This document shows, piece after piece, positions 10,601 through 18,915 of a stretch of 64,000 nucleotides of DNA. The DNA is from Peptoniphilus sp. (GTDB lineage Bacteria > Bacillota > Clostridia > Tissierellales > Peptoniphilaceae): assembly GCF_050943655.1 (NCBI RefSeq), contig NZ_JBMNPQ010000001.1:15238-79237 (forward strand). Reading direction: 5' to 3'. The notes beneath the pieces were generated by a model that saw only the letters and a program-made list of their open reading frames with translations, was not told the DNA's origin and did not search any database. The stretch's first letter is position 1. Each line of letters starts with the position of its first letter. The translations under genes and the position numbers were made by a program.

Positions 10601-11306
10601 TGAATTTGCGGGAGCAAAGGCAGAGGTTGTAGTGTTTAAAAATAGAGACGAAAAAGATATCGAAGAGTCTATAGAAAAACTTGCAGATAAGATTTCGGGT
10701 GCACAAATCCTTGCAATACCTGGAGGATTTTCACTTGGAGATGAACCGGACGGATCAGGCAAATTTATTGCCAATGTAATCAGATCACCTAAGGTTAAAG
10801 AAGCAATTGAAACACTTCTAGGGGAAAACGACGGACTAATCCTTGGAATATGTAACGGATTCCAAGCGTTAATCAAGACTGGACTTCTACCTTTTGGCGA
10901 AATAAAAGAAATGGACGAAGACGATCCAACAATAACATTTAACTCTTGCCACAGACACATTGCAAAAGTTGTTGACACAAAACTTGTAACAACAAATTCA
11001 CCATGGCTTGCAAATCTTAAAGAGGGACAAACTTACAAAGTTCCAATCTCTCACGGAGAAGGAAGACTTGTGGCTAAGAAAGAAGTAATGGACAAGATTT
11101 TAGAAAATGAACAGGTGGCAGCAGTTTATACAGATGCACCAAATGGATCCCTTGAAAATGTTGAGGCAATGATTTCTGCTGATGGAAAAATCCTCGGCAA
11201 AATGGGACACAGCGAAAGAATTGCAGACAATCTATTTAAGAACTTGGGTGAAATAGAAATGCAAGATATATTCACTGCAGGTGTAGAATACTTTAAAGAA
11301 GACTAA
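7635..11306 (+). CDS. purL: Phosphoribosylformylglycinamidine synthase (large fused PurL form)
   Basis: YWSDHCRH, ETHNHPTE, DFGAGG, GGKDSMSG, GICNGFQAL and SHGEGR motifs. Start placed at ATG 7635 after a GAGGTG RBS (the track start 7560 overlaps purF). Confidence 0.95.
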   Translation: MVNVKRIYVCKKDEFDYKSKNLISEIKNSLKIDLEYLKAYRRYDIEIDDETLEKTINTVFSEPPVDEVFYKDVKELEESFESPIGIQFLPGQFDNREAGLVQTIALFTDKEVRAKVTEVYDLKGVSGEELENIKAFLINPVDSTEVDVFKVQSMRESGRQNLENIVYDGFNELDEKGLKNFLDEKSLAMSLEDLKVVQEYFNKENRDPNETEIAIIDTYWSDHCRHTTFNTELGIDFNVATELDKEIKAAFDEYLKIREELKIQKPITLMSFGTILSKYLRANGKLDDLEISSEINACSIKIKARVEVDGKEELRDYLLMFKNETHNHPTEIEPVGGASTCLGGAIRDPLSGRSYVYQAMRVTGAADPFTPVEETLEGKLPQKKITREAALGYSSYGNQIGVASGLIDEIYHPGYVAKRMETGAVMAAAPMENVKRLDPVCGDVVILLGGRTGRDGIGGATGSSKSHNVESIATESAQVQKGNAPEERKIQRLFRNPEAAKLIKKCNDFGAGGVSVAIGELADSIEVSLDKVPLKYDGLKPKEIAISESQERMAVVVAKNDAEKFMALADEENLESTIVAKVTDDNRLRMYYGDEIICDMGYDFINSTGADRYEEVSVVSEDFAPMLVSADKDPKNLYDYLSDLNITSKKNMIELFDSSVGRSTVLQPLGGKNQETPIGAMAALIPTLDGVSKTASLMSYGFNPILSEESQFLGGYYAVIESIAKLVAVGSPVDDIRLSFQEFYEKMSSKEAWSKPLKSLLGAFVASSAFDAPPIGGKDSMSGTFEDINVPPTLISFAVNTQDAEKIIGPEFKSKGKIGLVTIKRNVTGTVDLDELKENFKKVNREIESGNIIAASAINHKGTLPGIYEMAISNTGFEVELEDLYSPLYGSFIVEYLEDRDFIEEVGEFKEVGNIVVNGEKLDDEKLKDAYLHTLDEIFKPVDKNELGEFKQGKAEKRKMKSTKPVDEVKVIVPAFPGTNSEWDTADAFEFAGAKAEVVVFKNRDEKDIEESIEKLADKISGAQILAIPGGFSLGDEPDGSGKFIANVIRSPKVKEAIETLLGENDGLILGICNGFQALIKTGLLPFGEIKEMDEDDPTITFNSCHRHIAKVVDTKLVTTNSPWLANLKEGQTYKVPISHGEGRLVAKKEVMDKILENEQVAAVYTDAPNGSLENVEAMISADGKILGKMGHSERIADNLFKNLGEIEMQDIFTAGVEYFKED

Positions 11307-11320
11307 AATGAATAATTAAG

Positions 11321-13210
11321 CAAACGAAAAAAGGTATGATGCGAGACACGCTCGAGGCCGCTCGGCCAAGCTAATGGTCTCTGCATCATATCCTTTTTTC
11401 TATTCACAAAGAATTTAAAAAGCTTTGGAAAAACCTTGCATTGCACAAGTCATAACCCCAACACTCGTCATCCCGAGCTTGTCGAGGGATCTGTACCTTA
11501 AGGAGAAACAGCCTAATCGTCTTGAATATAAAACCTTAAGGAGAACTGCAAAATAAAAATAAATAATAAAAAATTAAGCAAACGAAAAAAGGTATGATGC
11601 GAGACACGCTCAAGGCCGCTAGGCCAAGTACCGTTCCCCTGACATATCCTTTTTTCTATTCATAAAGAATTTAGAAAGCTTTGGAAAAATCTTGCATTGC
11701 ACAAGTCATAACCCCTACACTCGTCATTCTGAGCGAGCATGAAATGTGAGTCGCCGTGTACCCGGAAGGGTGAAGAATCTGCACCTTGTGGAGAAACAGC
11801 TTAATCGTCTTGAATAGAAAACCTCCACATCCGTCATCCCGAGCGAGCAGAGCGAGTCGAGGGATCTGCAAAGTGATCAAGCGAGACCTTATCGTCTTAA
11901 AGCAAAAGCACTACGGAGAAAAGCAAAATAAAAATCAAACAAACGAAAAAAGGTATGATGCGAGACACGCTCGAGGCCGCTCGGCCAAGCTAATGGTCTC
12001 TGCATCATATCCTTTTTTCTATTCATAAAGAATTTAGAAGGCTTTGGAAAAACCTTGCATTGCACAAGTCATAACACCTACACTCGTCATTCTGAGCGAG
12101 CATGAAATGTGAGTCGCCGTGTACCCGGAAGGGTGAAGAATCTGCACCTTGTGGAGAAACAGCTTAATCGTCTTGAATAGAAAACCTCCTCCCGTCATTC
12201 TTAGCGTCATCCCATCCACCGTCATCCCGAGCGAGCAGAGCGAGTCGAGGGATCTGCAAAGTGATCAAGCGAGACCTTATCGTCTTAAAGCAAAAGCACT
12301 ACGGAGAAAAGCAAAATAAAAATCAAACAAACGAAAAAAAGTATGATGGGAGACACGCTCGAGGTCGCTCGGCCAAGCTAATGGTCTCTGCATCATATCC
12401 TTTTTTCTATTCATAAAGAACTTAGAAAGCTTTGGAAAAACCTCGCATTGTACAAGTCATACCTCTACACTCGTCATTCTGAGCGAGCGTGAAATGCGAG
12501 TCGCCGTGTACCCGGAAGGGTGAAGAATCTGCACCTTGTGGAGAAACAACCTAATCGTCTTGAATAGAAAACCTCCACATCCGTCATCCCGAGCCAGCCC
12601 CCACACCGTCATCCAGAGCGAGCAAAGCGAGTCGAGGGATCTGTACCTTCTCAGCAAGAAGCATAAGCGTCTTAACAAGAAAACTTTAAGGAGTAAATAC
12701 TCCAAATCATAACTTAGTAAAGACAATAACACATCGCTTAACCACCCTACAGATCCTTCGACTCCGCCTCATGCTTCGCATTCAGCTCCGCTCAGGATGA
12801 CGTTGGAAGGGGATGCCTTCTCAGTATCATCTTGAAATTATCTGGACTATTTAAAATTTCTATTCATAAAGAATTTAGAAAGCATTAGGCACAATCGAGA
12901 CTTACACGATTCACAACCACAACACTTGTCATCCCGAGCGAGCAAAGCGAGTCGAGGGATCTGTAACTTCTCAGCAAGAAACCTAAGCGTCTTAACAAGA
13001 AAACTTTAAGGAGTAAATACTCCTAAGCATAACTTAGTAAAGACAACAACACATCGCTCGGCCACCCTACAGATCCTTCACCCTACCGGGTACACGGCGA
13101 TTCGCCTCATGCTTCGCATTCAGCTCCGCTCAGGATGACGTTGGAAGGGGATGCTTTCTCAGTATCGTCTTGAAATTATCTGCACTAATTAAATTTTCTA
13201 TTGATAAGAA
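11321..13210. repeat. Cluster 1 of CGTC-tagged palindromic repeats (REP/REPIN/BIME-like mosaic), including four copies of a second hairpin element
   Basis: CGTCATYYYGAG...GRRRATCTG units at about 11466, 11722, 11832, 12085, 12220, 12472, 12607 and 12927, inverted at 12750 and 13070. Tandem superunits of about 360-390 bp. Confidence 0.9.
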
Positions 13211-13317
13211 TTTAAAAATTTTTAGGCCAGTTATAATTAAACTCACAAAAACCACACTCTTAAGAAAACTTCAAAATAAAAAAGTTGTAAAAATTCGTAC
13301 AATATAATGACAATGTA

Positions 13318-13345
13318 TTGACAACGCACCAAAAAAGAATATAAT
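13318..13345 (+). promoter_or_regulatory. Consensus sigma-A promoter of the antitoxin gene
   Basis: TTGACA-16 nt-TATAAT. Confidence 0.75.
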
Positions 13346-13375
13346 AAGACTATACTAAATTTAAGGAGTAAAAAA

Positions 13376-13663
13376 ATGGCAAACACAAATACTAGTACTA
13401 GTACAAATTTAAACATTAGGGTAGATGCAGATGTTAAGGAACAATCTGAAGAAATTTTTGCAAAGTTGGGACTTAATATGACAACTGCAGTTAATATGTT
13501 TTTGAGAACTGTAATTAGAGAAAAGGGAATTCCTTTTGATTTATCTCTTGCTGAGCCAACTGAACAAGCTGTTAAGGCATTTGTTGCTGGCAAAAAAGTT
13601 GCAAGAAGTGAAATGAAAGGTCATTCAGACATAGAAGATTTAATAAGATCATTAAATGAGTAA
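13376..13663 (+). CDS. RelB/DinJ family antitoxin (no adjacent toxin)
   Basis: NLNIRVDADVKEQSEEIFAKLGLNMTTAVNMFLRTVIREKGIPFDL is the typical RHH RelB/DinJ signature. Confidence 0.9.
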   Translation: MANTNTSTSTNLNIRVDADVKEQSEEIFAKLGLNMTTAVNMFLRTVIREKGIPFDLSLAEPTEQAVKAFVAGKKVARSEMKGHSDIEDLIRSLNE

Positions 13664-13746
13664 TAAAAATTAATACCTTCCTTAAGATTTTTATCACTAA
13701 CAACCAATTATTTGGAAAAGAACTTATTTAATTAAAAAAGTTAACC

Positions 13747-13781
13747 AAAAAGGCCTTGAGCACAAACTCAAAGCCTTTTTT
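13747..13781. terminator. Bidirectional terminator between convergent genes
   Basis: AAAAAGGC-CTTGAG...CTCAAAGCC-TTTTT, with A and T tracts on both sides. Confidence 0.7.
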
Positions 13782-13798
13782 CTTTATTGCTTATTTTC

Positions 13799-14593
13799 TT
13801 ATTTTACAAATTCTTGTCCCATTTCGAATAATTCGTTGGCATCTACTTTTTCACTTGCCATTATTTCATATCTGATACCATCGATATCAAATATTATGTG
13901 ATTAGTTATGCATTCTTCTCTTTCTTGAGATGATCCTCCAATTCCAACGTTAAAGAATGGGTCGTTTTCTTTTCTTTCTCTCTCTTCTGGTGTCATGTCG
14001 TCTTCACTTGCTAAAAACAAATTGTGAAGTTGGAAATAATAGAACTTAACTCCATTGTATTCTCTTATTTCTTGATACTCATTTTCGACAAGTTCTTCAT
14101 GAACTTGTTGTAATTTGTCAGTATCTAGAGTAACAATGTCATTATTTTCATTCTTGTAATCTACGCTAACAGATTTTCTCTTGTTTTGCTCATTGTTATC
14201 TTCATCTACATCAGCAAGGTCAACAATTCTAATTCCATCAAATTTGTATTCTCCAAGTTTTTCTGGAATTATTGCATCAAATCCTGCCTTTTTTTCTGCT
14301 TTTGTTGTATCTTCATATGATGTGTAGTTGTAGAATGATGATGAAGATGAAATTATTCCAGTAGATTTTCCAATGGCAAACACTCCGCCACAAAGTACAA
14401 CTGCTGCTGCAAGTACTACACCAATTTTAGATTTTTTCATTTTAAACTCTCCTCTTCCTGAATTTCTATCTAGGTTCTTTATCTCGCTGTCGATTTTGTC
14501 TTTAAGAGAATCGGAAGGGAAAGTATTTTCGACACTTCTATTTAATTCTTCTCTAAGTTTATTATCAAAACTTTGATTCCAATCTTTTTTCAT
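13799..14593 (-). CDS. Putative anti-sigma factor (single TM, DUF4367-like extracytoplasmic domain)
   Basis: Overlaps the ECF sigma gene. One TM segment (IGVVLAAAVVLCGGVFAIG). Start at 14593 follows a GGGAGG RBS. Confidence 0.7.
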   Translation of the reverse strand: MKKDWNQSFDNKLREELNRSVENTFPSDSLKDKIDSEIKNLDRNSGRGEFKMKKSKIGVVLAAAVVLCGGVFAIGKSTGIISSSSSFYNYTSYEDTTKAEKKAGFDAIIPEKLGEYKFDGIRIVDLADVDEDNNEQNKRKSVSVDYKNENNDIVTLDTDKLQQVHEELVENEYQEIREYNGVKFYYFQLHNLFLASEDDMTPEERERKENDPFFNVGIGGSSQEREECITNHIIFDIDGIRYEIMASEKVDANELFEMGQEFVK

Positions 14594-15146
14594 AAATACC
14601 CTCCCTTTCAATTAAAAAAGATTCATTTGAATGTTCTAATTCTTTTTTTAAAACTTTTCTGGCCTTAAAGAGTCTTGACTTGACTGTTCCTTCAAAAACT
14701 CCAAGGGCCGATGCAATTTCTTTTATCGTAAGATCATTGTAGTAAAAAAGAACGATGACTTCGCGCTGCTTCTTATTTAGACTCATTAGAGCATCTTGTA
14801 TTTCACTCTTAACTACAAACTCGTCTTCAATTGTATAAGTCTCTTTATCTACTTTAAGCTGAATTTCTTCATCGGGAAGTTCCCTCTTTTTATTTTTATA
14901 TTTTTTGTAAGCAGAATTTTTTAAGATCGAAAACATCCAGGGCTTTAATTTGTCGGGATCTTTTAGAGACTTAATGTTTACATAAATGGAAACGAAGGCG
15001 TCTTGAGTGACATCCTCTGCATCGTAGGAATTTCCAAGTATTAGATAAGCTGTGCGAAATAACATTAAGTAATACTTATCATAAAGCTCATCAAAAGAAT
15101 TTTTGTCGCCGGCCTTTATTCCTTCAATTATTTTGCTGCCATCCAT
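14565..15146 (-). CDS. ECF-type RNA polymerase sigma factor
   Basis: DAEDVTQDAF (region 2) and IKEIASALGVFEGTVKSRLFKAR (region 4). Start at 15146 follows a GGAGGTGG RBS. Confidence 0.92.
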   Translation of the reverse strand: MDGSKIIEGIKAGDKNSFDELYDKYYLMLFRTAYLILGNSYDAEDVTQDAFVSIYVNIKSLKDPDKLKPWMFSILKNSAYKKYKNKKRELPDEEIQLKVDKETYTIEDEFVVKSEIQDALMSLNKKQREVIVLFYYNDLTIKEIASALGVFEGTVKSRLFKARKVLKKELEHSNESFLIEREGIYEKRLESKF

Positions 15147-15175
15147 TTTTACCACCTCCATCAGATGCATCTATA

Positions 15176-15206
15176 TATAAGAGCCTTTGGGGAAGAGAAA
15201 AGTTCA
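15176..15206 (-). promoter_or_regulatory. Candidate autoregulatory ECF promoter
   Basis: Minus strand TGAACTT-16 nt-CTCTTATA directly upstream of the ECF sigma gene. Confidence 0.45.
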
Positions 15207-15269
15207 TTTATTTTAAAAATTTTTAAAAATTATGTAAAAAATAAGGTAGCCAAAGCTACCTTTAAAATT

Positions 15270-15860
15270 TTATTTATTTTCTTCTAATACATGAGAAATT
15301 GTCGCATCCCATGTTTCAAAATTCATCGCACCGACGAATCCTCCAAGAACTACGCCGTCTTTGTCGACTATTAAAGTTGTTGGAATAACTGAAACTTTTG
15401 CCATATAGTCGTCCATTGTTGGGTTTGGCATAATATTTGTGTAAGTCACACCTTTTTTGTCCAAAATATTTAATGCTTCTTCAACATTTGTGTCGAGAGT
15501 TGCATTTGTATCAGACACGACGCCCAAAAAGTTCATGTCGTTTTTGTATTTTTGGTGTAGCTTTTCAAGATCTTCCATCTCTTCTATACATGGTGTGCAA
15601 AATGTTCCCCAAATGTTTACAAATGTGAGAGGCTTCTTGCCATAAAAATCTTTTGAGTCTACCATGTCGCCAGTTTTTATATCAAGAGTTTGGAAATTAA
15701 AATCGTTAAGTCCAACATCTTGCATCTTAGTTGCCTCTGCCATATTTTCTGCATTTCCTTTATTATTTGTATTTGCTTCGTTAGTTTCATTTTTTTTGCC
15801 ACAAGAAGCAAGTGTAAGTACTAAAGTAAATGCGAGCATTATTTTTAAAAACTTTTTCAT
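15270..15860 (-). CDS. TlpA-like thioredoxin-fold lipoprotein
   Basis: Lipobox LASC, NIWGTFCTPC CxxC motif and cis-Pro IPTT motif. Confidence 0.85.
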   Translation of the reverse strand: MKKFLKIMLAFTLVLTLASCGKKNETNEANTNNKGNAENMAEATKMQDVGLNDFNFQTLDIKTGDMVDSKDFYGKKPLTFVNIWGTFCTPCIEEMEDLEKLHQKYKNDMNFLGVVSDTNATLDTNVEEALNILDKKGVTYTNIMPNPTMDDYMAKVSVIPTTLIVDKDGVVLGGFVGAMNFETWDATISHVLEENK

Positions 15861-15939
15861 ATTATCACCTTCTATTTTAGTTTAATTATACAAAAAATGC
15901 CAAGTCTTGTCTAATTAAATGAAATATTATATAATTAAC

Positions 15940-15976
15940 GATACTTGTTCGAGAACTCCAAGTATAAAAAACTAAT
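15940..15976 (+). ncRNA. preQ1 class I riboswitch aptamer
   Basis: P1 ATACTTG/CAAGTAT, loop TTCGAGAACTC and tail AAAAAACTAA match preQ1-I architecture. Preceded by TTGTCT-17-TATAAT (15907-15935) and followed by an RBS-sequestering/terminator hairpin CTCCA/TGGAG plus T-tract. Confidence 0.85.
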
Positions 15977-16006
15977 CAGTTCTCCAAATTTAATGGAGGT
16001 TTTTTT

Positions 16007-16954
16007 ATGAAAAAAATTATTATTGACGCCGATCCTGGCATTGACGATTCTATTGCAATAATGCTTGCAGCAGGTCTTTCTCACTTTGACATTTTGGGTA
16101 TAACTATAGTATCTGGAAATGTATGTGTTGATAAGGGCGCTGTAAATGCTCTTAGACTTTCAAAATTTTTAAAGAAAGATTTCAATATTTACAAATCAAA
16201 TCCAAATCCCCTTGTAAAAGAATTAATAAACGCTGAAGACACTCACGGTGAAGACGGCCTTGGCGAAACTTATCTTCCTTATGAAGATAGAGAAGTTAAG
16301 GACGGTGCAGTTGACTTTATTATAGAAAATTTAAAAAAAGATGAAGTTACAATTTTTGCACTTGGACCGCTTACAAATATTGCAAGGGCAATGGAAAAAG
16401 ATATTGACGCCTTTAAATGTGCAAGAATTATTTCTATGGGAGGAAACTTCAAATCCTTTGGAAACATGAGTCCCGTTTCAGAATTTAATTACTATGTAGA
16501 CCCAGAAGCGGCAGATTATGTAATTCAAAATTCACCGAACCCAATTGAAATAATTCCGCTAGATGTCACGAGAAAATTTGTGCTGACTCCAAATATTATA
16601 GCTCTCATGAAAAGCATTAATAAAGACGTTGCAGACTTTTTAGAAAACATCACTAATTTTTATATGGATTTTCACCTAAAATATGAAAATATAATCGGTT
16701 CAGTGATAAACGACCCACTGGTAATTATGGCACACGAATTTCCAGAATACTTTGCAAAAGAAAAATATCACGCCGATGTAGTATGTGACGGGAAAGCTCG
16801 AGGCATGCTCATGGTAGATGAAAAGGACTTTTTAAAGAAAGAGAAAAACATTATTTTATATAGAGATATAAAAACTTTCCCAGTTTGGAAAAACTTTATA
16901 GAGATACTGACAGCTGGAGAAGTGGATGAAGAGATGTTGGAGAGAATATTATGA
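16007..16954 (+). CDS. queK: Nucleoside hydrolase, queuosine hydrolase QueK-like
   Basis: DADPGIDD IU-NH motif. DTHGEDG, DVTRKFVLTPNII and FYMDFH...VINDPL resemble my recollection of C. difficile QueK. The preQ1 riboswitch context supports the assignment. Confidence 0.75.
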   Translation: MKKIIIDADPGIDDSIAIMLAAGLSHFDILGITIVSGNVCVDKGAVNALRLSKFLKKDFNIYKSNPNPLVKELINAEDTHGEDGLGETYLPYEDREVKDGAVDFIIENLKKDEVTIFALGPLTNIARAMEKDIDAFKCARIISMGGNFKSFGNMSPVSEFNYYVDPEAADYVIQNSPNPIEIIPLDVTRKFVLTPNIIALMKSINKDVADFLENITNFYMDFHLKYENIIGSVINDPLVIMAHEFPEYFAKEKYHADVVCDGKARGMLMVDEKDFLKKEKNIILYRDIKTFPVWKNFIEILTAGEVDEEMLERIL

Positions 16955-17517
16955 AAATAAATTCTAGAAAACTTACAATACTTGCAATGTGTATTGCCAT
17001 AAACCTTGTAGGTGCGTGGATTGCACTTATTTTTAAACTGCCAATTTATCTAGACTCAATTGGAACAATAATGGCGGGATTTTCCTTTGGACCTGGCTTT
17101 GGCATAATTACGGGAGTAATAACGTCCTTTGTAAACATGTTGGGCGACCCAATAGCGATATATTTTCTTCCAACTCAGTTAATAGTTGGTTACATTGCAG
17201 GAGCAGTGACAGTGCTTAAAGAAAAAAATTCCTACAAAAAAATATATCAAGCATTTATAATGTCAATCCCAGCTGCAATATCATCAGCACTAATAGCGAC
17301 ATATGTATTTGGGACGGTTACAACAGCAGGATCAAGCTATATCGTGCAGTTCTTGAGGGCGACACTTAACATGAGCGACTTCCTTATAGTATTCATCGTT
17401 CAAATAGTTACAGATTATGCCGACAAATTTATTGGAATATTTTTGGTAGCAAAGATTTATAATATGGAAGCCTTTCAAAAAATACTTGAGAGGGATAGAT
17501 ATAGACTAAAAAAATAA
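16951..17517 (+). CDS. ECF transporter S component, probably for queuosine/queuine/preQ
   Basis: PIYLDSIGT...GP..G..TG motif in a 188-aa hydrophobic protein, translationally coupled to queK under the preQ1 riboswitch. Confidence 0.8.
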   Translation: MKINSRKLTILAMCIAINLVGAWIALIFKLPIYLDSIGTIMAGFSFGPGFGIITGVITSFVNMLGDPIAIYFLPTQLIVGYIAGAVTVLKEKNSYKKIYQAFIMSIPAAISSALIATYVFGTVTTAGSSYIVQFLRATLNMSDFLIVFIVQIVTDYADKFIGIFLVAKIYNMEAFQKILERDRYRLKK

Positions 17518-17529
17518 ATATTGGATTAA

Positions 17530-17569
17530 GAGGTATGCAAGATAGATTAATTTTGCATATCTTTTTTTT
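17530..17569 (+). terminator. Terminator of the queK operon
   Basis: AGAGGTATGCAAGA...TTTTGCATATCT followed by a T-tract. Confidence 0.7.
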
Positions 17570-17644
17570 ATAAAACATCTAAATTTAAAAATAATGATTA
17601 GAATAATCTAACTTCATATTAATTATAAAATAGCGCCACAAAAT

Positions 17645-17754
17645 AAAAACTGCTTAGTTTATCAACCAAGCAGTGTCTCTAAAAATAAGAAAACCGAATC
17701 ATCGACTCGGCTTTACAAAAGGAAATTAATTAAAAAAAGTGTATTAAATAATCT
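17645..17754 (-). ncRNA. Candidate ~110-nt small RNA
   Basis: Minus-strand promoter TTGTTT-17-TAAAAT (17761-17789) and two hairpins that pair fully only on the minus strand (G-U wobbles), ending in a U-tract. No ORF. Confidence 0.4.
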
Positions 17755-17889
17755 GTTACTATTTTAGCATAATAATACAATGAAAACAAGTAAAAAATAA
17801 TTAATTATTTGCAATTTAAAAATCTAACTTTTGTCTAAATTCGTGTAATTTTAAAAAATAGAGGTATTAATTTAATTAGTAAAAAAATT

Positions 17890-17930
17890 TTAGCAGAGGA
17901 CTTGAAAGAGTGCTAATAATGATGTATAAT
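17890..17930 (+). promoter_or_regulatory. Degenerate CIRCE (HrcA operator) overlapping a sigma-A promoter
   Basis: TTAGCAGAG-N9-GAGTGCTAA at 17890-17916. TTGAAA-17-TATAAT at 17902-17930. Confidence 0.7.
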
Positions 17931-17936
17931 AATGAT

Positions 17937-17953
17937 AGTCAAAGAACGTCAAA
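17937..17953 (+). promoter_or_regulatory. CtsR-type heptad direct repeat
   Basis: AGTCAAA-GAA-CGTCAAA, close to the RGTCAAA-NAN-RGTCAAA consensus, plus an inverted TTTGAC at 17965-17970. Confidence 0.7.
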
Positions 17954-17994
17954 GTTAATTATTCTTTGACAAATAACCGTGAGGAGGAAGTTAT

Positions 17995-18903
17995 TTGAAA
18001 TACAAAGATTATTATGAAATCTTAGGTGTCTCTAAAGATGCCGATGAAAAGGAGATTAAGAGTGCCTACAGAAAGCTCGCAAAAAAATATCACCCCGACC
18101 TAAACAAAGGCGACGAGGGTGCTGCCGACAAATTCAAAGAAATTTCCGAAGCTTACGAGGTCTTATCAGACAAGGACAAGAGAAAGAAATATGATACATT
18201 TGGATCTAATTACGATTTTAGTTCCGGTTATGACTTTGATCCTTCTCAGTATGGTTATACTTACCAAACCGGAGGAAGCGGTGCAGATTTCTCTGACTTT
18301 TTTGAGACAATTTTTGGTTCATCCCATGGAGGCTCCAGGGGATTTAATATAGATGATATTTTTTCAGGCTTTTCTGGAGGTGGCGCTTCTAATAGAGCAA
18401 GACCAAAGAAGGCAAAGTTTGAATCTGAACTTTCAATTTCTATTAAAGAGGCCTACGAAGGGTGTGAAAAGAATGTAAGCCTAAGTTATGGCGGAGAAGT
18501 TTATGACATCAAAGTTAAAGTGCCAAAGGGCATCACTCGTGGAAAGAAGATAAGAGTAAGTGGCAAAAAATTCGGTATTTCTGGCGACATAATGTTTAAG
18601 ATAAAAATAAAAGACGAAAAGCACATGACTCTTGATGGATTAGATATTGAGCTTACAGAAAATATTTATCCATGGACTGCTGCTCTTGGTGGCACAAAAA
18701 CTGTCGATGCTCTCGACGGAAAGTTAAAATTAAAAATTCCAAAGAACTTCATCGGAGGAAACAAAATGAGAATTCCTTCAAGAGGATTTAAGGATTTGAA
18801 AGGAAAAGTTGGAGACTTGTATGTTAAGTTTAACATCGTAAATCCAACAAACTTAACTGAAGAACAATTAAAATTATATAAAGAGCTTAACGAAATAAGC
18901 TAA
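17995..18903 (+). CDS. cbpA: DnaJ-class co-chaperone CbpA (J domain with HPD, no zinc finger)
   Basis: KDYYEILGV...KYHPDLN, a G/F-rich linker and a DnaJ C-terminal domain. TTG start after GAGGAGG. Confidence 0.8.
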   Translation: MKYKDYYEILGVSKDADEKEIKSAYRKLAKKYHPDLNKGDEGAADKFKEISEAYEVLSDKDKRKKYDTFGSNYDFSSGYDFDPSQYGYTYQTGGSGADFSDFFETIFGSSHGGSRGFNIDDIFSGFSGGGASNRARPKKAKFESELSISIKEAYEGCEKNVSLSYGGEVYDIKVKVPKGITRGKKIRVSGKKFGISGDIMFKIKIKDEKHMTLDGLDIELTENIYPWTAALGGTKTVDALDGKLKLKIPKNFIGGNKMRIPSRGFKDLKGKVGDLYVKFNIVNPTNLTEEQLKLYKELNEIS

Positions 18904-18915
18904 AGAGGTGTTAAT

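Noticed and set aside
11671-12732. Repeated short ORFs in cluster 1 (e.g. GGFLFKTIKLFLHKVQIL...) and similar ones at 34603, 50108-50746, 54598 and 55051
   Set aside because: They are translations of GC-richer repeat DNA with inconsistent starts and stops and no RBS. A coding role is unsupported.
13243-13593. 116-aa antisense ORF over the antitoxin as a hidden toxin
   Set aside because: It fully overlaps relB on the opposite strand, with no toxin motifs and no RBS.
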